Assembly (NCBI GenBank): GCA_050251875.1
Contig: JBFWMA010000003.1
Coordinates: 128,001 to 192,000, forward strand
Reading direction: 5' to 3'
DNA: 64,000 nucleotides
Origin: Deferribacterales bacterium
GTDB taxonomy: Bacteria; Chrysiogenota; Deferribacteres; Deferribacterales; Geovibrionaceae
This document shows positions 10,011 through 19,355 of the stretch, one piece after another. Numbering within the stretch: the stretch's first letter is position 1; the number at the start of each line of letters is the position of its first letter. The notes under the pieces are model-generated. The model was not told the DNA's origin, made no database searches, and saw only the letters and a list, made by a program, of their open reading frames with translations. The translations under genes were made by a program, and so were the position numbers.

Positions 10011-11297
10011 ATGGCGGGAGCTAGGACTGAGATTCTGAAAAACATGAGTCTGCTCTATGTGGAGTATGACGAAGATATTGTCGATGCGGTCAAATTTTCC
10101 TTTGACGGATTATTTGATAATATCGTTTTTGCGTCCACGGCGGAAAACGCTCTGGAACTCTGGAGTATGGTTAAACCGGATATCGTGATCACCGATATCT
10201 GCCTTCCTTTCATGAACGGTATCGAGCTTACAAAAATTATAAAAGAAAAATATCCCGACACCCCCGTGATGATCGTCACCGGTTACAAAGAAATCAATAT
10301 GCTCATGGACTCCATAGACGCTAAAGTAGACAGCTATATGACAAAACCTGTTAACCTGCGTCTGCTGAAACAGAACCTCTGCAAGCTGGCGGAGGCGCTG
10401 GAAGACAAAAGGAGACTGAGCAGCGGCACCAGACTCATCGAAAAAGTGCTGAACAATTCCAAAGAGCTTTATCTCGCCGGAGACTCATCCGGTATATCTT
10501 ATATGAACACTACTCTTCTGGAGCTTTTGGGCTACAGCGGGGTGGAAGAGGCTAATATCAGAATGTCTCACGCTCCGGAAGTAAAAATAGCCGAAAACGG
10601 CAAAAAAGAGCGCATTATGACATTCGGCGCCTGGCTGTCCTCTGTGAACGGCTCAGACGGATATGAAAGCATGGTAAGCATAATGTGTCCCGGAGTGCTG
10701 AAAAGCGACGCTAAGACCTTTATAGCCAGCGTGAGCAGGGTTAAAGAGGAAGACTGCTATGTTGTCAGCTTCGTGGACATAGGGGTCATAGAGAGACAGA
10801 AAGAATATTTTCATCAGCTCGCCATGAAGGACCCGCTGACGGATATATTCAACAAAACAAAAATGCAGGACGAGATAACAAGGGAGAACGACCGCAGCGG
10901 AAGATACGGCAGCGAATACAGTGTTATCATGTTCGACATAGATATGTTCAGACAGGTCAATGACAGCTTCGGCAGAACAGTGGGCGATTCCGTGCTGAAA
11001 GAGCTGGCGGGGCTGATATCAAAAAATATCAGAACCACAGACATCTTCGCCAGATACGGCGGCGAGGAATTTTTAATAATCACGCCGGAGGTTGACACCG
11101 CAGGAGCGCATAAGCTGGCTGAAAAACTGAGAACGGCTGTGGAGGCTTACGAGTTCGAGCACGCCGGACACATCACATGCAGTTTCGGCATAGCCGGACA
11201 CAGAGAAAAAATGACTCCGGACGATATAATACGTTCCGCTGACGAAGCCCTCTTCCGGGCAAAAGCGGAAGGAAGAAACAGAGTAAAATCATCATAA
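10011..11297 (+). CDS. Response regulator diguanylate cyclase (REC-PAS-like-GGDEF)
   Basis: REC ITDICLP; RTTD I-site then ARYGGEEF; RBS GAGG before ATG 10011. Confidence 0.9.
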   Translation: MAGARTEILKNMSLLYVEYDEDIVDAVKFSFDGLFDNIVFASTAENALELWSMVKPDIVITDICLPFMNGIELTKIIKEKYPDTPVMIVTGYKEINMLMDSIDAKVDSYMTKPVNLRLLKQNLCKLAEALEDKRRLSSGTRLIEKVLNNSKELYLAGDSSGISYMNTTLLELLGYSGVEEANIRMSHAPEVKIAENGKKERIMTFGAWLSSVNGSDGYESMVSIMCPGVLKSDAKTFIASVSRVKEEDCYVVSFVDIGVIERQKEYFHQLAMKDPLTDIFNKTKMQDEITRENDRSGRYGSEYSVIMFDIDMFRQVNDSFGRTVGDSVLKELAGLISKNIRTTDIFARYGGEEFLIITPEVDTAGAHKLAEKLRTAVEAYEFEHAGHITCSFGIAGHREKMTPDDIIRSADEALFRAKAEGRNRVKSS

Positions 11298-11328
11298 AAA
11301 AAGGGGGCTTAAAGCCCCCTTATCTTTT
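11296..11328. terminator. Bidirectional intrinsic terminator
   Basis: AAGGGGGC-TTAAA-GCCCCCTT with A/T tracts between convergent genes. Confidence 0.85.
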
Positions 11329-11329
11329 A

Positions 11330-12640
11330 TCAGCAGTTGCCTGATTCAACATACTCAACGATCTTTTCCGCTATGGTCTTGACCGTCTGTTCGAACTTCT
11401 CAACATTTTTCTCCAGCAGAGTCATTCTGAATCCGGGGAGAGATGTGAAGAAAGATGTGAGCGGCACAACGCATATGCCTGTGGCGCCCAGCAGATAGTA
11501 AACAAAGCGCTTATCGTGCTCTATTCTGTCTTCGGTGATCTTTTCCACCAGCTCTCTGGCTTCCTTCAGCTTGATATTCAGCTTCTGGTTTCTGTTCAGA
11601 ACAGCCTCGTTGAAAACAACGGACATGTAGAAGGCGCCGTTGGAACGGTTAACCACTACATAGGGGCAGTTCTTCAGGATGCTGTAAGCTATGTTGGAAA
11701 GTTTCTCATAATGTTTGAGTCTTTCATTGAGATAGTTGTTGTACTCAGGGTGGTTCATGATGTGGGGTATGCTCATCTGGGGCAGAGTTGTGGAGCAGAC
11801 CTCTGACATCTTCTGGTTGAGCACAGCGTTCACGAATCTGTTGAAAGCCTCGTCTTTGTTGGCGTTATAAACTTCCATCCAGCCGCATCTGGCTCCGGGC
11901 CAGGGGAATTCTTTAGATATGCCTTTCATGGATATACCGGGGACATCGCCGATGATGTCGCTGAGGGCTATGGTCTTTTTGCCGTTGTATACCATGTTCA
12001 GATATATTTCGTCAAAGACCAGCATCAGGTCATGATCCTTAGCCATTTTGACGATTCTTCTGAGGTCATCTTCGGTGTGGACGTATCCTGTGGGGTTGTC
12101 GGGGTTGATAACGAGTATGCCCACGATGGATTTATGGCTTTCAACCTTTCTCTCGAGCTCATTGAGATCGGGAGCCCAGTTGTTGTAAGGGTTCATTCTG
12201 TATGTGTTGGGGGGGAAGGACGCGTGAAGTACTTCCGCCAGAAGGTGTGTTGAGTAGGTGGGCTCGGGCAGCATTACCCTCGCGTCTACCCTGATTGAGC
12301 TATACGCTCGTGCTATTGCGTCGCCAAGTCCGTTGAAAAAGATAATGTCGTCTTTTGTGATCTGTGCTCCGCCTCTGGCGTTTGTACGGGCGGCGAGAAA
12401 CTCGCGCACATCGTAGTCGCCTTTTGTGGGGCAGTAGGCAAATGAGAGATTGTTGTTTTTAACAATGTCAGCGATGGTGTCTTTCATCCAGTCGGGGATG
12501 ATTTCTCCTTTCGCCACGGGATCGCCTATGTTTTCATAGCAGATCTCAACTCCGTGCTGTTCCAGCACCTTAGCCACGTTGACAATATTGCGGATTTCGT
12601 AGGTCAGACCGTTACCGCTTTTAGCCAAATCATAACGCAT
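11330..12640 (-). CDS. PLP-dependent aminotransferase class I/II (AlaA-like)
   Basis: YEIR..NIGDP, INPDNPTG, FDEIY, GISKEFPWPGARCGW. Confidence 0.9.
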   Translation of the reverse strand: MRYDLAKSGNGLTYEIRNIVNVAKVLEQHGVEICYENIGDPVAKGEIIPDWMKDTIADIVKNNNLSFAYCPTKGDYDVREFLAARTNARGGAQITKDDIIFFNGLGDAIARAYSSIRVDARVMLPEPTYSTHLLAEVLHASFPPNTYRMNPYNNWAPDLNELERKVESHKSIVGILVINPDNPTGYVHTEDDLRRIVKMAKDHDLMLVFDEIYLNMVYNGKKTIALSDIIGDVPGISMKGISKEFPWPGARCGWMEVYNANKDEAFNRFVNAVLNQKMSEVCSTTLPQMSIPHIMNHPEYNNYLNERLKHYEKLSNIAYSILKNCPYVVVNRSNGAFYMSVVFNEAVLNRNQKLNIKLKEARELVEKITEDRIEHDKRFVYYLLGATGICVVPLTSFFTSLPGFRMTLLEKNVEKFEQTVKTIAEKIVEYVESGNC

Positions 12641-12736
12641 GTAACACCTTCAAAAATTATTTGGAGGCACAGCCTCCGAAGACCCTTTTTGTTGCGACGC
12701 AAAAACGGGTATATAAGAAAAGACTTATATTACAAC

Positions 12737-12752
12737 TGCACACAGATTGCCA
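12737..12752 (-). promoter_or_regulatory. Candidate sigma-54 promoter of the aminotransferase
   Basis: Minus strand TGGCAATCTGTGTGCA = GG-N10-GC. Confidence 0.4.
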
Positions 12753-12857
12753 GTGTAATTTATAAGAAATCGGTCAAAACCACTCAAAAATGAATAAAAT
12801 GTGGTTAGTTTATGTTATAATTAAAAATAAAGAAAAATAATGCGTAAGGAGTTAACA

Positions 12858-13676
12858 ATGAAAAAACTATTACTGGCTATAACGGTATCGGCGGCTCTGC
12901 TGCTTGCCGGATGCGGCGGCGGGGGAGGAGGCGAAGGCGGAACCAGGCTGAAAAGAATCGTTGTGGATTCAGGCGCTAACGGCACAGCGGACACTATGTA
13001 TACCATCGTGTACGACAGCGAATCATATATGTCGTCTGCGGTGGTTCAGGACTGCTCCACTCTGCCTCTGATAAGCGGCGCTGACTGCGCTCTGGGCACT
13101 GTGGACTATACATACTACTTCTTCCGTGACGGAGCGAAAAACATCACCACCATCACCAGAACAAACAGCAGCAATGTCACCAGGACATCTGTATATACCT
13201 ATGACGCAAACAACGCTCCTGTTTCTCTGAAGACAGACTTTACCACCAACGGCAGCGTTGACTATGCCGAATATTACACCACAGACGCCAACGGAGACAT
13301 TACCTCCGCTTACATCGACAGCGATAATGACTCAGTAAACGATCACTATTCGCTGTTCACATACTTTCAGCCCGGCAAGCCATATCATTATGAGCTGAAC
13401 GAGGACTATCTCTCTGTTCCGGCGCTGGATTATCTGGCGGATTATTCATATGACGCAGAGGGCAAGGTGACGGATGTCATCATTGATGACAATGCCGATA
13501 ACATTAAAGACGAGTATAAGTCATATGTCTATGAAGGCGGAAAACTGGTTCGTGTGAACTTAGCCTCTTCATACGGCGGTACGCCGACAGAGATTTATTA
13601 TCTGGAATATGAGGGCGGAGCGGAGAACGGAACAGAGTTTCTGTATCTCTTCCTTAACCTGGGACTTTATTTCTAA
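12858..13676 (+). CDS. Lipoprotein with Tyr/Asp-rich YD-like repeats
   Basis: RBS AAGGAG, lipobox LAGC plus poly-Gly, repeated D-x3-[DN]-x3-D...YxYD units. Confidence 0.8.
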   Translation: MKKLLLAITVSAALLLAGCGGGGGGEGGTRLKRIVVDSGANGTADTMYTIVYDSESYMSSAVVQDCSTLPLISGADCALGTVDYTYYFFRDGAKNITTITRTNSSNVTRTSVYTYDANNAPVSLKTDFTTNGSVDYAEYYTTDANGDITSAYIDSDNDSVNDHYSLFTYFQPGKPYHYELNEDYLSVPALDYLADYSYDAEGKVTDVIIDDNADNIKDEYKSYVYEGGKLVRVNLASSYGGTPTEIYYLEYEGGAENGTEFLYLFLNLGLYF

Positions 13677-13683
13677 CAAAAGC

Positions 13684-13709
13684 AAAGGGGGCATAAGCCC
13701 CCTTTTTTT
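13684..13709. terminator. Bidirectional intrinsic terminator
   Basis: AAAGGGGGC-ATAA-GCCCCCTTTTTTT. Confidence 0.85.
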
Positions 13710-15048
13710 AATATTCTGAAATGGGAGTGTTGTTCGACTCCCCTCTTTTTCTAAAATGTATCCTGATTGGCACACCATCAAACTTATAATGAGACCTGAT
13801 GATGTTCACTATGAATCTCTGGTAAGAGAAGTGAACGCCGTCCGGATAGTTAACGAAAATAACGAATTCCGGCGGGCGTGTGCTCACCTGTGTTATAAAG
13901 TAGAATTTAACCCGTCTGTTGCCCACAACAGGGGGCTGGTGGCGCATAACCGCCTCTTCCAGAATCGCCTGAAGCTGGTGGGTGGGGATACGCTTGCTGT
14001 ATTCGTCATACAGAGCCTTAGCGGCATCGAACACCTTGAAGATATTTTTGCCGGTGATGGTGGATGTATAGATGATGGAAGGATTGTTCAGGAACTGAAG
14101 TTTGTAGTCTATGTCCTTATAAAATTCCTTCGCCTTTTCGTCTTTGTTCTCTATCAGGTCCCACTTGTTGGCAACGAGGATAACGGGTCTGCCAGCCTCC
14201 CAGTTGTCGGCGATGACTTTAACGTCTCTCTCTGTGAGCCCCTCATCGCTGTCGATAACGCAGACGGCGATATCCGCCCTCTCCACGGCGTCTTCCCAGC
14301 GGTGATATCCGTATTTCTCGATCTTGTCCTTGAACATTATCTTCTTTTTGCGTATGCCCGCTGTGTCTATCAGAACATATTTCGTATCCTGATATTCGAA
14401 GAAGGTGTCCACGGCGTCTCTGGTTGTTCCGGGGATAGGCGTTACTATCAGCCTGTCCTGTCCCAGCCATTTGTTTATCATGCTGGATTTGCCCACGTTG
14501 GGTCGTCCTGTCACTATCAGCTTTATGCGTCCCTCATAAGGGTCTGTCTTGTCGTGATCTTCGGGGATGTGCGTAATCACTTCGTCCAGCAGAGTGTCCA
14601 CATTACGCCCGTGTGAGGCGCTTATGCTGATTACGCTGTCCACGCCCATACGGTAGAAATCGTACATCAGGTTCTCTTTGCTGTCGTTGTCTATCTTGTT
14701 CACCACCAGCTGATAGGGTTTGCCTGTCTGGCGGAGCAGATCAATAACTATCTCGTCCAGAGGATGCACGCCCTCTGTGCCGTCTGTCATCAGGATGAAG
14801 TAGTCCGCTTCGTTCAGGGTGTGTTTGAACTGAGCCTGCATCTCTTTTTTCAACAGCTCTTCCTTCAGGTCGAATCCGGCAGTATCCACGATGGCGAACC
14901 TGTGCCCCGCCCAGTCTGTGACATATTCTATTCTGTCACGGGTAACACCGGGCATATCGTCCACGATGGCTATCTTTTTTCCCGCCAGCCTGTTGAACAG
15001 GGTGGACTTTCCTACGTTGGGTCTTCCTATGATTCCTATAGTAAACAT
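13708..15048 (-). CDS. der: Ribosome biogenesis GTPase Der (EngA)
   Basis: Two GRPNVGKS P-loops, GVTRD/GTTRD, DTAG, C-terminal KH-like domain; ATG at 15048 overlaps the upstream stop. Confidence 0.97.
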   Translation of the reverse strand: MFTIGIIGRPNVGKSTLFNRLAGKKIAIVDDMPGVTRDRIEYVTDWAGHRFAIVDTAGFDLKEELLKKEMQAQFKHTLNEADYFILMTDGTEGVHPLDEIVIDLLRQTGKPYQLVVNKIDNDSKENLMYDFYRMGVDSVISISASHGRNVDTLLDEVITHIPEDHDKTDPYEGRIKLIVTGRPNVGKSSMINKWLGQDRLIVTPIPGTTRDAVDTFFEYQDTKYVLIDTAGIRKKKIMFKDKIEKYGYHRWEDAVERADIAVCVIDSDEGLTERDVKVIADNWEAGRPVILVANKWDLIENKDEKAKEFYKDIDYKLQFLNNPSIIYTSTITGKNIFKVFDAAKALYDEYSKRIPTHQLQAILEEAVMRHQPPVVGNRRVKFYFITQVSTRPPEFVIFVNYPDGVHFSYQRFIVNIIRSHYKFDGVPIRIHFRKRGESNNTPISEY

Positions 15049-15923
15049 TATTCCTCTATTGGTCTGCAATATTTGTATGTGGCAGGTTTTGATCTGCCGT
15101 CAGCGTTCACAGCGGTCGCTGTCACTGTGATGCAGGTGTCTATGGGTTTCTGATACACGAGAGAATTATTAACAGTATTAAATGTTTCACATGAAACACC
15201 CTCACACACCTCGATGGTATAGCTGTCTGCGTTCTCTGAGTGAGACCAGGCTATGCGTCTCATATTACCGAAGTTCAGCACAGAGATAACCGCCACCTCC
15301 TGCGGAAGATTCAGTGCTCTCTCCACAGGGATCTGTATAGGATACAGAATTCCTTTGTTGCCGTAATAATCTGTCAGAACGAGGGTAATCTGATTATCCA
15401 CAACATCGGACTGTAAAATATCCGCCATTTTTCCGCCTGTCTGGGCTATGCTCTTTCCGCCGGAATACACATCAAAACGCATAAAGATCGCGTCTGTCTC
15501 TATAGAGACATTATAGCCGGTAGGGGTCTTAAGATAATCGGCGTTAGCAATCTTAAGCGGCTGTTCATATGTGAGGGAAAAGACATAAGGAGCCGAAACC
15601 AGCCCGTACTTAACAGTCTTTTTCATCAGACGGTAAAAATATTTATGATCCGGCTCAACCTCTGTGTCCAGATATGTCGCCTTAGGACCTATCATAGTCA
15701 CTCTGTTGAAAAAGGTACATTCGTCACCTTCCGGAATCCCCTTCTCTATTATCAGGTTTTCATTCTCCTGATTTTCTATGAGAATACCCTCATCGGTTAC
15801 CTTATAAGATATGGCGGCCGGAGGGGTCAGGTCGGCTAGCTTAGATTTCGGAATGGGGTCTGTCTTCTTTCCGCAGGATATCAGAAGCAGGGCGGAAAGG
15901 ATCAGCAGGCTAATTAATCTCAT
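15048..15923 (-). CDS. Lipoprotein with fibronectin type III-like domains
   Basis: LISC lipobox then [23 protein letters not shown] and [12 protein letters not shown]n3-like motifs; coupled to argH and der. Confidence 0.7.
   Translation of the reverse strand: MRLISLLILSALLLISCGKKTDPIPKSKLADLTPPAAISYKVTDEGILIENQENENLIIEKGIPEGDECTFFNRVTMIGPKATYLDTEVEPDHKYFYRLMKKTVKYGLVSAPYVFSLTYEQPLKIANADYLKTPTGYNVSIETDAIFMRFDVYSGGKSIAQTGGKMADILQSDVVDNQITLVLTDYYGNKGILYPIQIPVERALNLPQEVAVISVLNFGNMRRIAWSHSENADSYTIEVCEGVSCETFNTVNNSLVYQKPIDTCITVTATAVNADGRSKPATYKYCRPIEE
15183..15198. promoter_or_regulatory. parS: Second parS site (intragenic, 1 mismatch)
   Basis: TGTTTCACATGAAACA, 15/16 match to consensus. Confidence 0.75.
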
Positions 15924-17295
15924 TTAAAAATTTCTTCCCGTTTTCTATCTGTGTTTTAACGGATTCTGAGGCTGTCCCGCCGTATGCTTTTCTGCTGGCG
16001 ACAGAAGCCTTCACTGTTATATATCCGTAGATGTCTTCATCTATTTTATCAGAAAAACGTTTAAATTCATCTATAGAAAGTTCGCTGATGTCCACACCCT
16101 TCTCTATGGCGTATGCCACGGTGGATCCCACAACGTGGTGGGATTCTCTGAAAGGCAGTCCCTTGCGCACCAGATAATCGGCAAGGTCTGTGGCTGTGGA
16201 ATATCCGGCGCCTGCGGCTGATGCCATTTTTTCTGTGCGGAGCCCCATCTTTTCCACCATGGGGGCGAATATTTTCAGAGATGCCTTAATGGTATCCATT
16301 GCGTCAAAAACGGGCTCTTTGTCCTCCTGCATATCTTTGTTATATGCCAGAGGGAGTCCTTTCATGGTGGTGAGCATGCTTATCAGGCTTCCGTATACCC
16401 TTCCGGTTTTGCCTCTGATCAGCTCGGGCATGTCGGGGTTTTTCTTCTGGGGCATGATGGATGAGCCGGTGCAGAAATCGTCTGTCAGCTCTATGAATGC
16501 AAACTCCGATGTGGAGTATATTATCAGTTCCTCGGAAAATCTGGACAGGTGCATCTGGCATATGGCGCAGGCGGAGAGAAACTCTATGGCGAAATCTCTG
16601 TCGCTCACGGAATCCAGAGTGTTTTCTGTGGGTGCTTTAAAGCCCAGCTCCACGGCGGTAAAATGCCTATCAATCGGAAAAGTTGTTCCCGCCAGCGCTC
16701 CGGAACCCAGCGGACAGTAGTCCATGCGCTCCAGACAGTCGGCGAAACGGGTGTAGTCACGTTTCAGCATCTGAAAATATGCCATTATATATTGGGCGAA
16801 AAGAATGGGCTGAGCAGTCTGAAGATGGGTGAAGCCGGGCATATGCACGTCAAAGTGCTTTTCGGCCTTTGTCACCAGAACGTTCAGGAACTCGTTCACC
16901 AGTTCCATCACCTCTTCTATCTCCGCCATGAGATACATGCGGAAGTCCACAGCCACCTGATCGTTTCTGCTTCTGGCGGTGTGCAGACGCTTTCCGGCAT
17001 CGCCTATGATGGCGGTGAGGCGCTTTTCCACTGCCATGTGGATATCCTCATCACCTGTGACGAACTCAAAATTTCCGCTCTCTATCTCTGAAAGAACCTG
17101 AGTGAGACCTTTTATTATGTCGTCTCTGTCGGTTTCTGAGATTATTCCCTGTTTGGCGAGCATTTTGGCGTGAGCCATGCTGCCTTTTATATCGTATTTG
17201 TAGAATCTTTTATCGAAGTGTATGGAGGCGTTGAACTCCTCCACGAATTTGTCTGTGGGAAGTTTGAAGCGTCCTGACCACATTTTTTCAGACAT
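15910..17295 (-). CDS. argH: Argininosuccinate lyase
   Basis: [38 protein letters not shown]. Confidence 0.98.
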   Translation of the reverse strand: MSEKMWSGRFKLPTDKFVEEFNASIHFDKRFYKYDIKGSMAHAKMLAKQGIISETDRDDIIKGLTQVLSEIESGNFEFVTGDEDIHMAVEKRLTAIIGDAGKRLHTARSRNDQVAVDFRMYLMAEIEEVMELVNEFLNVLVTKAEKHFDVHMPGFTHLQTAQPILFAQYIMAYFQMLKRDYTRFADCLERMDYCPLGSGALAGTTFPIDRHFTAVELGFKAPTENTLDSVSDRDFAIEFLSACAICQMHLSRFSEELIIYSTSEFAFIELTDDFCTGSSIMPQKKNPDMPELIRGKTGRVYGSLISMLTTMKGLPLAYNKDMQEDKEPVFDAMDTIKASLKIFAPMVEKMGLRTEKMASAAGAGYSTATDLADYLVRKGLPFRESHHVVGSTVAYAIEKGVDISELSIDEFKRFSDKIDEDIYGYITVKASVASRKAYGGTASESVKTQIENGKKFLNEIN

Positions 17296-17431
17296 GTGCA
17301 GTCTCCGTAATAGTTTTAATGTTCATATATAGGTAAAATGCGTGAATTAATCCAGACAAATTTCTTAAATATCAATTATTGAGAAAAAAAGCGCATCTGT
17401 TATCTTAGTAAAAGACCGAAGGGGAGACTAA

Positions 17432-17923
17432 ATGTCTAAAATAATAAACAACATGTGGGTTATGCACTCATTCTGGACGGCAGCGGCCGTCATGCTGTCG
17501 CTTTACTGTGCGAAATTTCTTGGGCTGGCGGAATTTTACTGGGCGCCCATCTCTGCCATCATCGTGATGCAGTCTACACTGGGTCAGTCATGGGACGTTT
17601 CCAAGCAGAGGATATACGGAACCATTATCGGCGCTCTGTTCGCCGGAGTTTTCGACTTTGTGTTCCACGATGTAACCACGCTGAACTTCACTCTGGGCAT
17701 CTTCATACTGGGACTGATCTGCCATGCGCTGAGGCTGACTATGAGCGCATACCGTCTGGGCGGCGTTACGTTCACCATTATTCTGCTGATGCATCACAAC
17801 GAGGTCGCCTGGCGGATAGGTTTCGACAGATTTGTAGAGGTGGCGGTGGGCATCTGCTCCGCCCTGCTCGTGAGCTTTGTCGGCACAAAATGTCCCGTGA
17901 TGAAAGAACTGAAAAAGAAATAA
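17432..17923 (+). CDS. FUSC/aromatic acid exporter family membrane protein
   Basis: YWAPISAIIVMQ, RIYGTIIGA, RFVEVAVGI; multiple TM segments. Confidence 0.8.
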   Translation: MSKIINNMWVMHSFWTAAAVMLSLYCAKFLGLAEFYWAPISAIIVMQSTLGQSWDVSKQRIYGTIIGALFAGVFDFVFHDVTTLNFTLGIFILGLICHALRLTMSAYRLGGVTFTIILLMHHNEVAWRIGFDRFVEVAVGICSALLVSFVGTKCPVMKELKKK

Positions 17924-17928
17924 AGTCT

Positions 17929-18053
17929 GTCATTGCGAAGCCGTTCACGGCTGTGGCAATCTCAAGCGTATGGTAATAGAGATAAGTGTTATAGTCAAAT
18001 AAACTTATGAGATCGCCACATCGCTTCGCTCCTCGCGATGACGTGGCAATCTC
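17929..18053. repeat. REP-like inverted doublet, family A (GTCATTGCGA...GTGGCAATCTC)
   Basis: Arm 17929-17963, inverted arm 18009-18042 and an extra GTGGCAATCTC at 18043-18053; another copy at 21891. Confidence 0.8.
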
Positions 18054-18063
18054 TAAATCTTTT

Positions 18064-19185
18064 CTAGCTTATAAAAAATTCCTTCATTTTGTCCCAGAGA
18101 CTCTTGTTCTCTTTGTAGGTGTCGTCCGTCACTGTGCTTTCGAACTTTTCCAGAATTTCTTTCTGTTCTTTGGAGAGTTGTGTGGGCAGAAGAACCTTCA
18201 GGTCGATGTTCATATTGCCTATGCCGTATCCGTTGACATCCGGCAGACCTTTGCCTTTCAGGGTTATTCTGTCGCCGGGCTGAGACCCGGGTTTGATATT
18301 AATGCGCTGGTTGCCGTCCAGAGTAGGTATCTCCAGCTCTTTTCCCATGATGGCGTCCACGAAAGATATGGGCAGTTCCATATATATTTCTCTGCCCTCA
18401 CGTCTGAAAAGTTTGTGGGGGATGACGGATACTTCCACGAACAGGTCTCCGGAAGGTCCGCTGTTTATCCCAGCGTTTCCTTTTCCTGTCAGACGCATAG
18501 TCATTCCGTCTTCTATTCCGGCGGGAACTTTTACACTGAGCTTGGATGTGACACGTTTAGTGCCCTCTCCCCTGCACTCTTTGCACAGTTCCTTGATTAT
18601 CTGTCCTGTACCGCCGCATGATCCGCATGTGGAGCTGATGGCGAAAAGTCCCTGGCGTGTCTGGATGGTTCCCGTACCACGGCATGTGGGACATGTTTCC
18701 ATAGCGCCCGGTTCCGCTCCGGAGCCGTCGCATCTTTTACAGTTTTCGGTTTTAGGGACATTCAGCTCTTTTTCACAGCCGAACGCCGCCTCCTCGAAGG
18801 ATATCTCCAGATGCATCTGGATGCTGGACCCTTTCTGGGGTCTGCGTTTGCGTTTGGTGTTTCCGGCAGAACCGAAGAAATCGCCGAAAACATCGCCGAA
18901 GAATTCTTCGAAGATGGTTTCGTTGGAGAAGCCGCCTCCTCCGCCTCCGAATCCTCCGTTCTTATCGTCAAAGACTCTGCCGTACTGGTCGTACTGAGCA
19001 CGTTTAGTGCCGTCAGACAGCACGGAATAGGCTTCGTTGATCTCTCTGAATTTATCTTCAGCCGCCTTATCCCCCTGATTTCTGTCGGGGTGATACTGCA
19101 TGGCTAGTTTTCTGTATGCTTTTTTCAGTTCAGCTTCGGTGGCGTTTTTTGTAACACCGAGAACCTCATAGTAATCTCTGGCCAA
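18064..19185 (-). CDS. dnaJ: Chaperone DnaJ
   Basis: J-domain HPD, G/F region, four CxxCxGxG motifs; TTG start. Confidence 0.98.
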   Translation of the reverse strand: MARDYYEVLGVTKNATEAELKKAYRKLAMQYHPDRNQGDKAAEDKFREINEAYSVLSDGTKRAQYDQYGRVFDDKNGGFGGGGGGFSNETIFEEFFGDVFGDFFGSAGNTKRKRRPQKGSSIQMHLEISFEEAAFGCEKELNVPKTENCKRCDGSGAEPGAMETCPTCRGTGTIQTRQGLFAISSTCGSCGGTGQIIKELCKECRGEGTKRVTSKLSVKVPAGIEDGMTMRLTGKGNAGINSGPSGDLFVEVSVIPHKLFRREGREIYMELPISFVDAIMGKELEIPTLDGNQRINIKPGSQPGDRITLKGKGLPDVNGYGIGNMNIDLKVLLPTQLSKEQKEILEKFESTVTDDTYKENKSLWDKMKEFFIS

Positions 19186-19210
19186 AATGTCCGCTCCGTA
19201 ATGAGTTTTC

Positions 19211-19292
19211 TCCTCCCTTTGTAAAGGGAGGTCGGGAGGGATTTCTCAAAACAGAAGAAATCTCCCCTCACCCCTCTTTATGAAAGAGGGGA
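19211..19292. repeat. REP-like inverted doublet, family B (CCTCCCTTT..AAAGGGAGG...GATTT)
   Basis: Arms 19211-19246 and 19256-19292 are imperfect reverse complements, each with an internal hairpin. Confidence 0.75.
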
Positions 19293-19302
19293 AAAGATAC
19301 AA

Positions 19303-19332
19303 TAAGGGCTGATAACATAATTACCAGCCCTT
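19303..19332 (-). terminator. Hairpin after dnaK (weak terminator or stability element)
   Basis: AAGGGCTG...CAGCCCTT inverted repeat downstream of the dnaK stop. Confidence 0.55.
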
Positions 19333-19355
19333 TGAAAGTCATATTTTCGACAGGA

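Noticed and set aside
11296..13709. Two near-identical terminators (AGGGGGC..AA.GCCCCCT) flanking the aminotransferase and lipoprotein, possible insertion scar
   Set aside because: Short low-complexity hairpins that could arise convergently; no integrase or target-site duplication.
18007..18621. 204-aa + strand ORF starting within the repeat (also 21536-21946 containing HCEERSNVAIS)
   Set aside because: Translations of the REP-like element running antisense to dnaJ or grpE; spurious.
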